Origin: Alphaproteobacteria bacterium
GTDB lineage: Bacteria > Pseudomonadota > Alphaproteobacteria > GCA-2731375
Direction: 5' to 3'
DNA length: 64,000 nucleotides
NCBI GenBank assembly: GCA_965232515.1
Contig: CBDDPY010000002.1
Coordinates: 2,304,001 to 2,368,000 of the forward strand
The notes under the pieces were generated by a model. The model saw only the letters and a list, made by a program, of their open reading frames with translations. It did no database searches and had not been told where the DNA came from. Both the position numbers and the translations under genes were made by a program. How positions within the stretch are numbered: position 1 is the first letter of the stretch; each line of letters begins with the position of its first letter. Positions 46,958 through 57,096 of this stretch are shown here, in pieces.

Positions 46958-48940
46958 TCAGCGCCGGCGCACGGGCGCATAGCGCGGTTGCGGCAATGCC
47001 GCGGGGGACGGCGGCAATCCCAGGCCCCGAACGGCCTCGACGGGCGACCAGGCCGTGAGCGTCTGCGGCGCCATTGCGACGCGGCGGGGACGCGGACAGA
47101 TGCACCGCCCGCGGCGGCGCGGCGGCGGCGGGACGGTGGCGGCCAGTCCCGGAAGCGCCGGTTCGCGCTGACTGGCGACCGCGAACAGGCGCAACACCGG
47201 CGCCGGCCGGGTTTCCTCTGGCGTCAGGAAAACACTGTGCCGATGCAGCCAGGCGCCAATACCCGCACGGCTAGAGAGGATCGAGACCGGCACCGCCAGC
47301 ACCAGTCCGATCAGCACCGGCAGGAACCACCAGAAGAAGGTCGGCGCCAGGGACAGCAATACGCCGGCCCAGACCAGGCCGAACAAGGTCTGGCCGCCAT
47401 GTAGTGTGAGGGCTTCCCTCAAGCCGACGCCGCGCTCGCCGCGGGGCTGGGGGGTCCAGGACACACTGCGGCCGCAAAGGTTGGCGATCACGAAACGGGC
47501 GTGGAAGACCATCATCAACGGCGCGTGCAGAGCCGAATAGAACTGCTCGAGCAGCAGACTGACGAACAGCCGGCCGCGACCGCCAAAGGCCGACAGCCGG
47601 TCACGGTCCAGCAACACGAGCATGGCCGCGAGCAGCTTCGGCACCACCAGCATGCCGATCGTCACCGTGAACAGGGTGAATGTCTCGGCCGTCTTCGACA
47701 CCGGCCAGACCGGGAACAGGTTATAGCCCGGCGCGAAATAGACATGCGGCGATAGCGTCTGCACGACGATCTCGATCGTGCTCAGCATCAATAGCAGGAA
47801 CCAGATCGCCGAAGACAGATACGACATGCCGCCGCTGGCCATATGCAGGCGGCTCATGCCGGCAAGGCCGCGGCTGGTCAGCAACCGCTGATGCTGCAGA
47901 TTGCCCTGGCACCAGCGGCGGTCCCGCTGCGCGAAATCGCCGATATTCGACGGCATCTCCTCGTAGCTGCCGCCGACGTCCGGTACCAGCCAGACGGACC
48001 AGCCGGCACGCCGCAGCAAGGCTGCTTCGACAAAATCGTGGCTCAGGATCTCGCCGCCGAGCGGCGCCTTGCCGGGCAAGTCCGGCAGGCCGCAATGCTG
48101 TGTGAAGGCCGCCGTGCGGATGATCGCGTTGTGGCCCCAATAGTTGCTGTCGCCAAGTTGCCAGTAGTGCAGACCGGCCGCCATCATCGGGCCGCAAAGG
48201 CGGTTCACGAACTGAACGGCGCGCGCGAACAGCGTTTCGCCATTGATCAGCGTCGGCACCGTCTGGATCAGGCCGACGCGCGGGTTCGCCTGCATCAGCC
48301 GGACCAGCTTGACCAGCGTTGCGCCGGCCATGACGCTGTCGGCGTCGAGCACCACCATGTGGTCGTAGCGGCTGCCCCAGTTGCGGCAGAATTCGGCGAT
48401 GTTGCCAGCCTTGCGGCCGGCGTTGCGACGCCGCCGCCGATAGAACAGGCGGTCCGCAGCGCCAAGCCGGTCGCGCAGATCGGCCCAGGCCCGCTCCTCG
48501 TCCGCCAAACGTGCCGCATCGTTCGAGTCGCTCAAAACGTAGAAATCGAAATGCGACAGACTGCCGGTCGTCGCCAACGACAGATAAGTCGCTTGCAGGC
48601 CGGCGAAGACCCGTTCGGTATCCTCGTTGTAGACCGGCATGACGATGGCCGTCCGCGTGCGGATCGGGCCGGCGATAACGGTTGCGTTCCGGTGCCCGCC
48701 CGGCCAACGCTCGGCCAGCCGACCGAGAAAGCCGATCACGGCGGTCCAGAATGACATCGAAATCCAGATGAAGTTCAGTGCGAACAGCGGCACGATCGCG
48801 GCCTCGACGATCGAGGTGCCGTTGGCCCGGACGATGTCCAGCATCAGCATCACGCCGATAATCGCCGTCAACAGGACCAAGCTGAAGAACGACAGGCGCC
48901 GAGACAGCCGTTGCGCCGGCGAGACGGTGTCGAGTTCCAT
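46958..48940 (-). CDS. opgH: Glucans biosynthesis glucosyltransferase
   Basis: MPVYNED, RKAGNI, VLDADS, YWGHNA, LSHDFVEA, RDRRWCQGNLQH; alternative GTG start at 49009. Confidence 0.93.
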   Translation of the reverse strand: MELDTVSPAQRLSRRLSFFSLVLLTAIIGVMLMLDIVRANGTSIVEAAIVPLFALNFIWISMSFWTAVIGFLGRLAERWPGGHRNATVIAGPIRTRTAIVMPVYNEDTERVFAGLQATYLSLATTGSLSHFDFYVLSDSNDAARLADEERAWADLRDRLGAADRLFYRRRRRNAGRKAGNIAEFCRNWGSRYDHMVVLDADSVMAGATLVKLVRLMQANPRVGLIQTVPTLINGETLFARAVQFVNRLCGPMMAAGLHYWQLGDSNYWGHNAIIRTAAFTQHCGLPDLPGKAPLGGEILSHDFVEAALLRRAGWSVWLVPDVGGSYEEMPSNIGDFAQRDRRWCQGNLQHQRLLTSRGLAGMSRLHMASGGMSYLSSAIWFLLLMLSTIEIVVQTLSPHVYFAPGYNLFPVWPVSKTAETFTLFTVTIGMLVVPKLLAAMLVLLDRDRLSAFGGRGRLFVSLLLEQFYSALHAPLMMVFHARFVIANLCGRSVSWTPQPRGERGVGLREALTLHGGQTLFGLVWAGVLLSLAPTFFWWFLPVLIGLVLAVPVSILSSRAGIGAWLHRHSVFLTPEETRPAPVLRLFAVASQREPALPGLAATVPPPPRRRGRCICPRPRRVAMAPQTLTAWSPVEAVRGLGLPPSPAALPQPRYAPVRRR

Positions 48941-48996
48941 GGCGCCCCCCGGCGTCGTGCGCTCGCCGCCCGAAGGGAGGCGTAGCTTGTGCGTAT

Positions 48997-50577
48997 CTAT
49001 GCCGTCCACAGGTAGCTCCAGGTTTCGGTCAGAACGTCGTTGCGCAGACGCAGGAAGCAGCGCAGATCGGCCGGCTTGTCGCCGTCGGGCAGGAAATCGA
49101 ACAAGGCCCGCCAGCCGCCAATCGCGTCGTTCTTGTGCGCGCGCGTATTGCGGATCTCGCCGGAACTCGCGCTGACGACCAGATGCACCGGCTGCTCCGG
49201 CCGCAGCAGATCCAGATCGCCACCAGCGAAATCGAGCGAGAACCGGCGCAGCTCGGCCGGCGCCCGGTTCGGATGGCCCGAGTAGCGCGCCAGGCCCCAG
49301 CGGGTCGCCACGGTCCTGCCGCGCGGTGGTGTCCGGTCGACGAGGCCCGCGGCGTGCAGGCGATAGCTGACGTCGACGGGCTGGCCGCCGACGGCGGGCG
49401 CCTCCGGCACCCAATAGGCGACGATGTTGTCGTTCACTTCTTCGTCGGACGGAATTTCGACCAGCTCAACCCGGCCAGCGCCCCAGTCGCCGATCGGCTC
49501 GACCCAGAGGCTCGGCCGACGCTGGTAGTTCATCTCCAGGTCCTGATAGCTGGCGAAATCGCGGTCGCGTTGCATCAGGCCGAAGCCGCGGGGGTTGCGA
49601 TCGAGGAACGTGCTGATCCGCACGGCGCGCGGGTTCTGCAGCGGCCGCCAGATCCACTCGCCGTGCCCGGCATGTATCAGCAGACCGTCGGAGTCGTGTA
49701 CCTCGGGCCGGAAGTCGTCGAACTGGCGGCTGCGGTTTTCGCCGAACATGAACATGCTGGTCAGCGGCGCGACGCCGAGCTTGGCGATGTCCCGGCGCGG
49801 ATAGATGGTGGCCGTCACGTCGACCTCGGTCGTCGAGCCCGGCCGCAGCACGAAGCTGTAGGCGCCGGTCGCGCTCTCGCTGTCGAGCAACGCGTAGAGC
49901 TTGATCGCGGTTGCGTCCGGCGCCGGCCGCTGCAGCCAGAACTCCCGGAAGAACGGAAATTCCTCGCCCTTCGACAGCGCGGTGTCGATCGCCAGGCCGC
50001 GCGCCGACAGGCCGAAATGTTGCTCGCGCCCCAGAATCCGGAAATACGAGGCGCCCAGGAAGACGGCGAACTCGTCAAAGTAATCCGGCCGATGCAGCGG
50101 ATAGTGCAGGCGGAACCCGGCGAAACCCAGATCGTCCGGCGGCGGCGGGTCGAACCGGTTGGCGCCGAAGTCGAACATGCTGGCTTGGCTCGCCATCGGC
50201 CGCGGCCCGCCTTCGTCCAAAATGTTGATCCGCACCGGTCGGTCGAAGAAATAGCCGCGATGGAAGAACTGCACCTGAAACAGGCCGTCGCCGCGCCAGA
50301 GCGCGCGTTCGGGTCTGAAGCGGATGTCCTGATACTGCTCGTAGCTGAGCTTCTTCAGATCGTCCCGCAGACTTTCGCGGCCGTCATCGAAGCGGTTCGC
50401 CGCCAGTTCGCGGGCCCGCTGCTTCACCAACTCGATGTCGAACTCCGGCGTCGCCGCCGTGTCCTGCGCCAGCAGCGGCCAAGGCCCAGCCATCGATGCG
50501 GCGGCCATGCCCACCGAGCCGGCCAGTATCCGGCGGCGCCCGACGGCTCTGCCTGGACGAACAAACGAACGCGTCAC
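48997..50577 (-). CDS. opgG: Periplasmic glucan biosynthesis protein (OpgG/OpgD family), Tat-like signal
   Basis: FLGASYFR, GLSARGLAIDT, EEFP.F, RPEVHDSDGL, DNIVAYW, ETWSY. Confidence 0.9.
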   Translation of the reverse strand: MTRSFVRPGRAVGRRRILAGSVGMAAASMAGPWPLLAQDTAATPEFDIELVKQRARELAANRFDDGRESLRDDLKKLSYEQYQDIRFRPERALWRGDGLFQVQFFHRGYFFDRPVRINILDEGGPRPMASQASMFDFGANRFDPPPPDDLGFAGFRLHYPLHRPDYFDEFAVFLGASYFRILGREQHFGLSARGLAIDTALSKGEEFPFFREFWLQRPAPDATAIKLYALLDSESATGAYSFVLRPGSTTEVDVTATIYPRRDIAKLGVAPLTSMFMFGENRSRQFDDFRPEVHDSDGLLIHAGHGEWIWRPLQNPRAVRISTFLDRNPRGFGLMQRDRDFASYQDLEMNYQRRPSLWVEPIGDWGAGRVELVEIPSDEEVNDNIVAYWVPEAPAVGGQPVDVSYRLHAAGLVDRTPPRGRTVATRWGLARYSGHPNRAPAELRRFSLDFAGGDLDLLRPEQPVHLVVSASSGEIRNTRAHKNDAIGGWRALFDFLPDGDKPADLRCFLRLRNDVLTETWSYLWTA

Positions 50578-50766
50578 GATAGAAATGTCCCTACTCCCGC
50601 CCGGTCGAAGCGGCGCTTTTGGCACGCGTCCTTGATGTCCCGACAAACCCCGCGCGCCACGTCGCCCGCATTCACAGATAGCGGGAACCCGGTGACGTTC
50701 CTGTGGGATTTTCGCGGCCCGATTATGGCCGGAATTTGGCGGCTCTGCGGGGCTTCGCCTGTGGCG

Positions 50767-52068
50767 TCAGCCGTAGAACAGCCGGGGCAGATAGAGCGAC
50801 AGCCCGGGCACGAAGACCAACAGCGCCAGCCGCAGGATATCGACACACCAGAACGGGGTAACGCCGCGGAAAATCACCGAGGTCTTCACGTTCTGCAGCA
50901 CGCCCGACAGCACGAACACGTTCAGACCGACGGGCGGCGTGATCAGGCTGATTTCGGTGACGACGACCACGATGATGCCGAACCAGACCAGATCGAAGCC
51001 CATGCTCTGTACCAGCGGAAAGAAGATCGGCACCGTCAGCAACAGCATGGACAGGCTTTCGAACACGCAGCCCAGCACGATGTAGACCAGCAGGATCAGC
51101 AGGATGACGACGATCGCCGGCACATCGAAACTGGTCACCAGATCGCGCAGGCCGTCCGGCAGGCCGGCCCGGTTGACGAAGTTCGAGAAGATCAGGGCGC
51201 CGATCAAAACCAGGAAAAGCGTCGCGGTCGTGCGCGCGGTGTCGGCCAGGACCTCGAACAGCGCCGGCCAGCTGAGAGTGCCGCGGGCGAGCGCGATGAG
51301 GAAGGCCCCGCCGGCGCCAACACCGGCGGCCTCGGTCGGCGTGAAGACGCCGCCATAGATGCCGCCCATCACGGCGGCGAACAGCAAGAGCGTCGCCCAG
51401 ACTCCCTTCAGCGCCAGCAGGCGCGCCGGCCAGTCGGCCCGTTCGCCGCGCGGTCCGGCCGCCGGCCGGCGCCAGACCACGAACTGCACCGCAGCGAGAT
51501 ACAAGAACACGCCGATCAGCCCGGGAATGAAGCCGGCGGCGAACAGCTCGCGAATGCTGGTCTCGGTCAGCAGGCCGTAGATCACCAGGATCACGCTGGG
51601 CGGGATCAGGATGCCGAGCGTACCGCCTGACGCGATCGAGGCCGTCGCCAGTTCGTCGCTGTAGCCGTAGCGTCGCATCGACGGCATCGCCACCTTGGCC
51701 ATCGTCGCCGCCGTAGCCAGGCTGGAGCCGCAGATCGCGCTGAAGCCGCCGCAGGCGACGATGGTGGCCATGGCGAGGCCGCCGCGCCGATGGCCGAGAA
51801 AGGCGTTGGACGCCGCGTAAAGCTCGGACGACAGACCGGCGCGCGTCACCAGGTTGCCCATCAGGATGAACAGCGGCACCACCGACAGGCCGTAGTCCAT
51901 GGTGGTGTCCATGACCCGGCGCGAGGCCATCGACATGGCGACCAGCCAGTTCCAGTCGACCAGCGCCGCGAAGCCGACGAAGCCGACCACGCCCATGGCA
52001 AACGCAATGGGCATGCGCAGGAACACCAGCAACAGCAGGACGCCGAATCCGATCAGGGCCGCGGTCAT
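50767..52068 (-). CDS. TRAP transporter large permease (DctM)
   Basis: VPLFILMG, GSSLATAA, GGTLGILIPPS, ITPPVG. Confidence 0.93.
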   Translation of the reverse strand: MTAALIGFGVLLLLVFLRMPIAFAMGVVGFVGFAALVDWNWLVAMSMASRRVMDTTMDYGLSVVPLFILMGNLVTRAGLSSELYAASNAFLGHRRGGLAMATIVACGGFSAICGSSLATAATMAKVAMPSMRRYGYSDELATASIASGGTLGILIPPSVILVIYGLLTETSIRELFAAGFIPGLIGVFLYLAAVQFVVWRRPAAGPRGERADWPARLLALKGVWATLLLFAAVMGGIYGGVFTPTEAAGVGAGGAFLIALARGTLSWPALFEVLADTARTTATLFLVLIGALIFSNFVNRAGLPDGLRDLVTSFDVPAIVVILLILLVYIVLGCVFESLSMLLLTVPIFFPLVQSMGFDLVWFGIIVVVVTEISLITPPVGLNVFVLSGVLQNVKTSVIFRGVTPFWCVDILRLALLVFVPGLSLYLPRLFYG

Positions 52069-52099
52069 CGCGATCTCGTCTCGAGTGCCGGAAGGTTTG

Positions 52100-52621
52100 C
52101 TATTGGGTCAGCCGTGCGCGCCGCGGCGACAGCGGCCCGCGGCCGCGTGCATAGCGGACGACGTTGACCAGCAACGCCAGCGCGGTAACGCCGCTCATCA
52201 GGCTGATGAAGAACATCATCGGCGCCAGCGGGATATTCAGGTACTCCGTCGTGTCGCCGTACTCGGCCGTACGCTCGGCCAGCCCCCAGATCCGCCAGGC
52301 GATCGCGCCCAGCGCCACCGCGGCCACCAGGTTCATGGCCATCTGGCGCAGATTGACCAGCCCATTGGGAAACACGTTGTCCAGCAGGTCGACGCTGATG
52401 TGCTGCTCATGCCAGCTGACGACCGGCAGGACCGCGAAGACGATCACCGCCATCATCAGACGCGTAAGCTCGGTCGCGCCGTCGAGCGGCGCGTTCAGCA
52501 GATAGCGACCGACGACGTCGATGCAGGTCATCGTCATCAGCGCGAACAACGAAACGCCGGCCAACGCTTGCGGCAGCCGGTCCAAGATCAGGACCGGCCA
52601 CCGCCAGTGCGCGGCCATCAT
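52100..52621 (-). CDS. TRAP transporter small permease (DctQ)
   Basis: DVVGRYLLNAPL.GATEL, HISVDL; 4 TM segments. Confidence 0.88.
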   Translation of the reverse strand: MMAAHWRWPVLILDRLPQALAGVSLFALMTMTCIDVVGRYLLNAPLDGATELTRLMMAVIVFAVLPVVSWHEQHISVDLLDNVFPNGLVNLRQMAMNLVAAVALGAIAWRIWGLAERTAEYGDTTEYLNIPLAPMMFFISLMSGVTALALLVNVVRYARGRGPLSPRRARLTQ

Positions 52622-52653
52622 TCCGTCGTCGGATGGCGACAAGAGTGGGCGCC

Positions 52654-53664
52654 CTACATAGCGCCGGCGGCGGCGCGCAGTTCCGCCAGCGCCGCGGCGG
52701 CGTCGACGCCCTTCTTGCTCGCGGCGGCGACCCAGTCCTTCTCGATATGGGCCACGAGCTTCTTGTACTCGGCCGCCATGTCGTCGCTGGCGACGACAAT
52801 GTCGTTGCCGGCCTCTTTCGCCGCCGCCGTGCCGACCTTGTCGATCCCGTCCCACATGGCGCCGACCATGCGCGAGAGCTTCTCGCCGGAGACGCTCATC
52901 ACCGCCTCGCGGTCGGCCGCCGACAGGCTGTTCAGCTTGTCGTTGTTCATGACCAGCGCGAAGCTGCCGTAGTAGAGGCCGCCCGGCATGATCACCGTGT
53001 TGGGCGCCACCTCCATCAGCCGAAAGCTCTTCTTCGTCTCCATCGGCATGAACACGCCGTCGGCGACGCCGCTTGCCACCGTCTCGTAGACCTTCGGCGC
53101 CGGCACCCGCACGCCGACGACGCCTAGCGCCTCGCCGACGGCGCCCGATACGCCGCCGCCGATGCGGATCTTCAGGCCCTTGAGGTCCGCGAGGCTGTTG
53201 ATCTTCTCCTTGGTGTGGATCGCGCCCTGGCCGTGCGTCGTCAGCGCAAGCAGCGTAATGCCCTTATGCTCGCCCGCCTGGTCCAGATACTTCTGGTGCA
53301 CGCGCCAATAGGCGACTGACGCGGCTTCGGCCGAGGTACCGAGGCCCGGCAACTCGACGATCTGCGTCAGAACATAGCGGCCGGGATTGTAGCCATGGAA
53401 GATCCAGGTCGCGTCGGCAATGCCGTCGCGCACGACATCGAGCTGCGCCGGCGGCGGCGCCAGACCGTACTCGACCTTGACCTTGACCCGGCCCTCGGTC
53501 GCTTCTTCCACCCATTTGCCCCAGGTGGGCCAGACGATGGCGTTAATGCCATGCGTCGGCGGGGCCCAACTGCTGACCCGAATAACCGTCTCGGCCTGGG
53601 CCGACAGGCCCGAAACCGTCATTGCCGCGGCCGCGGCAATGCCTAGAAAACGCCCAAAATGCAT
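52654..53664 (-). CDS. TRAP substrate-binding protein (DctP)
   Basis: Signal peptide; EATEGRV, DLKGLKIR, YETVASGVADG. Confidence 0.9.
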   Translation of the reverse strand: MHFGRFLGIAAAAAMTVSGLSAQAETVIRVSSWAPPTHGINAIVWPTWGKWVEEATEGRVKVKVEYGLAPPPAQLDVVRDGIADATWIFHGYNPGRYVLTQIVELPGLGTSAEAASVAYWRVHQKYLDQAGEHKGITLLALTTHGQGAIHTKEKINSLADLKGLKIRIGGGVSGAVGEALGVVGVRVPAPKVYETVASGVADGVFMPMETKKSFRLMEVAPNTVIMPGGLYYGSFALVMNNDKLNSLSAADREAVMSVSGEKLSRMVGAMWDGIDKVGTAAAKEAGNDIVVASDDMAAEYKKLVAHIEKDWVAAASKKGVDAAAALAELRAAAGAM

Positions 53665-53839
53665 CGAAGTGCCTCCCTATCTCGACGTGGCTGACAGCAT
53701 ATCAGCAAGCCGCCGGCATGCGCTTATCATTGCCAATTTCCGGCGAATGGTTGCTTGTGAAACTAATTACTGAGTGCGCCCGGCACTGTCAAACGCGACG
53801 ACCGTGGCGGGGCCGATAAAGGCGGGCTAAGATCGGCGC

Positions 53840-54391
53840 ATGCAACGGCCCCCTGCACTCCAATTCAGCCATATGGGCATCTTCGTGCACGGGCTTGCCC
53901 GCATGCGGGATTTCTATGTCCGGGTGCTGGGTTTCGTGGTCACGGACGAGGGCGATCTGGGCGACCGCAAGCTGACCTTCCTCAGCCGGAACCCGGACGA
54001 GCACCATCAACTCGTGCTCTGCGAGGGCCGGCCGGCCGATATCGGGTTCAACACCGTGAACCAGATCTCGTTCCGGGTCGCCGAGCTCGCCGATTTGCGC
54101 ACGCTGCATGGCATGGTCAGCGAAGAGGCCGACATCAGCGAGCTGACGGCGATCACCCATGGCATTGCCTGGAGCATTTATTTCAAGGATCCGGAGGGCA
54201 ACCGCATCGAAGTTTTCGTCGACAGCCCGTGGTACATCGAACAGCCGATCCGCGAGCCGATCGACCTGTCGAAAAGCGATGCCGACCTGTTCGCGGAGAC
54301 CGAGGCCCGCGCCAAGGCCAACCCCAGTTTCCGGCCGATGTCCGAATGGCGGCAGGATCTGGCACGGAAAATCGACAGCGGCCTGACGTAG
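53840..54391 (+). CDS. VOC / glyoxalase family protein
   Basis: SHMGI.V...MRDFY..VLGF, EHHQL, THG.AWSIYFKDPEGNRIE. Confidence 0.88.
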   Translation: MQRPPALQFSHMGIFVHGLARMRDFYVRVLGFVVTDEGDLGDRKLTFLSRNPDEHHQLVLCEGRPADIGFNTVNQISFRVAELADLRTLHGMVSEEADISELTAITHGIAWSIYFKDPEGNRIEVFVDSPWYIEQPIREPIDLSKSDADLFAETEARAKANPSFRPMSEWRQDLARKIDSGLT

Positions 54392-54394
54392 TTC

Positions 54395-56110
54395 ATGTAC
54401 ACGCCACCGCCCCGACCGAAGCCGTCGCTCTATTTCGAGTATCCGAGGTTCGACTTCGTCCGTCCGCCGGAGCTGGATGGCGACCGGACGCAGCACCAAG
54501 TCGCCATCGTCGGCGGCGGCCCGGTCGGCCTGACCTGCGCCATCGAGCTGGCCCGCCACGGCATCCCGTCGGTGGTGATCGAGAACGACGCCACGGTCGC
54601 CGATGGCAGCCGCGCCGTCTGTATCGCCCGGCGCAGCATGGAAATCCTGCAGCATGTCGGCGTCGCCGAGCGCTTCCTGGACAAGGCTTTGGTCTGGACC
54701 GGCGGCCGCTCGTTCTACCGCAATCAGGTGGTGTTCGAGCTGGAGATGCCGCACAGTGACGACAGCCGCTATCACCCCATGACCAACCTGCAGCAGTGCT
54801 ATATCGAGCAGTTTTTGGTCGAGCACATCGACGCCATCGACGGCATCGAGATCCGCTGGCAGAGCCAGGTCACCGGCGTCGCACAGACGGACGACGGGGT
54901 GCGCATCGGCGTCGACACGCCCGAAGGACCGTACGAACTCGAGGCCGACTACGTGCTTGCCGCCGACGGCGCGCGCTCGACCATGCGCGAACTCATGGGC
55001 CTGAAGCTGAGCGGCACGTCCTACAGCGGCAAGTATCTGATCGCCGACATCAAGATGGCCTCGCCGCACCGGATCGAGCGCCGCGCCTGGTTCGATCCGC
55101 CGGCCAATCCGGGCTCCACCGTGCTGATGCACAAGCAGCCCGACGACATCTGGCGCGTCGATTACCAGCTTCTCGACGACGACAACGAAGCCGAGGAACT
55201 GCAGGAGGACCGCATCCGCGAGCGCATCCAGATGCAGCTCGACATGATCGGCGAGACCACGCCCTGGGAGCTCGACTGGTACAGCCTCTACAAGGCGCAC
55301 TGCCTGTGTCTCGACAACTACCGGCAGGGCCGGGTGCTGTTTGTTGGCGACGCCGCGCATCTGGTGCCGATCTTCGGCGTGCGCGGACTGAACTCGGGCC
55401 TGGCGGACGCCAATAATCTCGGCTGGAAGCTGGCCTATGTGCTGAAGGGCTGGGCGCCGGATGATCTGCTCGACACCTACAACCACGAACGCCGCGAGGC
55501 GACGCAGGAGATCTTCCGCGAGGCCGGCAAATCGACCGCGTTCATGACGCCGCCCAGCCGCGGTTACCGTCTCATGCGCGATGCGACGCTGTCATTGGCG
55601 CTTTCCGAAACCTGGCCGCGCGGGCTGATCAACCCGCGCCAGTCGCAGCCCTACGACTACACCGACAGCCGCCTGAACAGCACGCCGGCCGACGACCGGA
55701 GCTTCACGGCCGGTCCGCGCATCGGTGCGCCGCTGCTGAATATGCGGCTGCCCGGGGCGGCCGACGGCGCCAATGCGCCGGCCTTCCTGCTGGACGACCT
55801 TGGTTTGGGCTTCACGCTGATCTGCTTCTGCGACGACGCGCTCGCAACCGATATCGCCGAAACCATTCATCGCCTGCAGATCGGCGACGAGCCGGTCAAA
55901 ACGATCGTCATCGCCCGTCAGGTCCTGGCCATCGATGGCGCGCAGGTTGTGGTCGATCCGGAGGGACGGTTTTTCGACGCCTATGGCGCCGGCCCCGGCA
56001 GCGCCTATCTCGCCCGGCCCGACGCCCATGTCTGCGCGCGCTGGCAACGGGCGAGCGGCGGCGCCATCGAGGCGGCCCTGGCGACGGCCGTCATGCGGAG
56101 CGAAACGTGA
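54395..56110 (+). CDS. FAD-dependent aromatic monooxygenase (MhpA-like)
   Basis: IVGGGPVG, ADGARS, GDAAH...FGVRGLNSG..DA.NLGWK, RPD.HV. Confidence 0.9.
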   Translation: MYTPPPRPKPSLYFEYPRFDFVRPPELDGDRTQHQVAIVGGGPVGLTCAIELARHGIPSVVIENDATVADGSRAVCIARRSMEILQHVGVAERFLDKALVWTGGRSFYRNQVVFELEMPHSDDSRYHPMTNLQQCYIEQFLVEHIDAIDGIEIRWQSQVTGVAQTDDGVRIGVDTPEGPYELEADYVLAADGARSTMRELMGLKLSGTSYSGKYLIADIKMASPHRIERRAWFDPPANPGSTVLMHKQPDDIWRVDYQLLDDDNEAEELQEDRIRERIQMQLDMIGETTPWELDWYSLYKAHCLCLDNYRQGRVLFVGDAAHLVPIFGVRGLNSGLADANNLGWKLAYVLKGWAPDDLLDTYNHERREATQEIFREAGKSTAFMTPPSRGYRLMRDATLSLALSETWPRGLINPRQSQPYDYTDSRLNSTPADDRSFTAGPRIGAPLLNMRLPGAADGANAPAFLLDDLGLGFTLICFCDDALATDIAETIHRLQIGDEPVKTIVIARQVLAIDGAQVVVDPEGRFFDAYGAGPGSAYLARPDAHVCARWQRASGGAIEAALATAVMRSET

Positions 56111-56301
56111 TGGCCGATTCGTTGCCGTTCCCCGACCTTGAAAAGGCGTTCGAGGCGATCGCCGCCGCGATCGACGATGTCGGCGAGGACAAGGACCGGT
56201 TGTTCCTGGCCAAGCTGGCGCTGGCGTTGAGCCATAAGCTCGGCGATCTCGACGCCATTACGGACGCCATCGCCACCGCCAAGCGCGACCTCGACGGTTA
56301 A
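56107..56301 (+). CDS. DUF2783-like small protein
   Basis: LEKAFE.IA.AID..G...LFLAKLAL.L; GTGA overlap with the monooxygenase. Confidence 0.7.
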   Translation: MMADSLPFPDLEKAFEAIAAAIDDVGEDKDRLFLAKLALALSHKLGDLDAITDAIATAKRDLDG

Positions 56302-57074
56302 CGGGCCGGCGTCAGTCCCGCAGGCAGGCGCGTATAGGCATCGCTGCCCGCCGTCGCCAGCTGCGCTTGCGTCAACGACTGGGCGAGACGCAACTCGGCG
56401 CCCGCGAGATTGACGTCGTCGAGATTGGCGAACGACAGATTGGTCATGCGCAAATTGGCGCCGCTCAGGTTGGCGGACGTGAAATCCGCGCGCGCCGCAT
56501 TGGCGTCCTGCAGACAGGCATCGGCCAGGTTTGCAGCGCGGAAAACGCAGCGCGTGAGGTTCGCCGCCTGCAGGAAAGCGTCCGTCAGATTGGCATCAGC
56601 CAACGAACTCCGGCGCATGTTCGCGGCCTGAAGGTTGACGTCGGTCAGGTTCGACGAGGTCAGGTCGGCATGTGTGAGGTCGGCCTTTTGCAGATGTGCC
56701 GCCGCAAGGTTCGTGTCCCGCAGAACCGCATGGTTCAGGTCTGCCTTCTGCAAATCGACGCGCAAGAGTCCCGCCGATGACAGGTCGGCATGATCCAACA
56801 CGGCCTTTTGCAGCGACGCGCGCGTCAGATCGGCACCCGCCAGCAACGTCCGCCGCAGGCGCGCCTTCAGCAGGTTGGCCCGGGTGAGATCGGCGCCGCG
56901 CAGATCGGCACGCGACAGATCCACCTTCTGCAGATCGCGGCGCCGCAGGTCCGCGTTGCGTAGATCCGCCCGGGCGCCCGCCGCGCCATTGGTCTCGAGC
57001 CAGCGCGCGTGGTCGCGAAGGATCGCGTCCAGCGACGACGACGAGATCGGTTCGGCTTCAGCGTCCGGCATCAC
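56298..57074 (-). CDS. Pentapeptide repeat protein
   Basis: HARWL...GARADL followed by many A(D/N)Lxx repeats. Confidence 0.92.
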   Translation of the reverse strand: MMPDAEAEPISSSSLDAILRDHARWLETNGAAGARADLRNADLRRRDLQKVDLSRADLRGADLTRANLLKARLRRTLLAGADLTRASLQKAVLDHADLSSAGLLRVDLQKADLNHAVLRDTNLAAAHLQKADLTHADLTSSNLTDVNLQAANMRRSSLADANLTDAFLQAANLTRCVFRAANLADACLQDANAARADFTSANLSGANLRMTNLSFANLDDVNLAGAELRLAQSLTQAQLATAGSDAYTRLPAGLTPAR

Positions 57075-57096
57075 ACCACATCTTTGTCCGCAAACG

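Noticed and set aside
50620-50636. Sigma-54-like TGGCACG motif near opgG
   Set aside because: Wrong orientation, and the -12 element is mis-spaced
56298-57074. 15-bp periodicity in the DNA
   Set aside because: Fully explained by pentapeptide repeat coding
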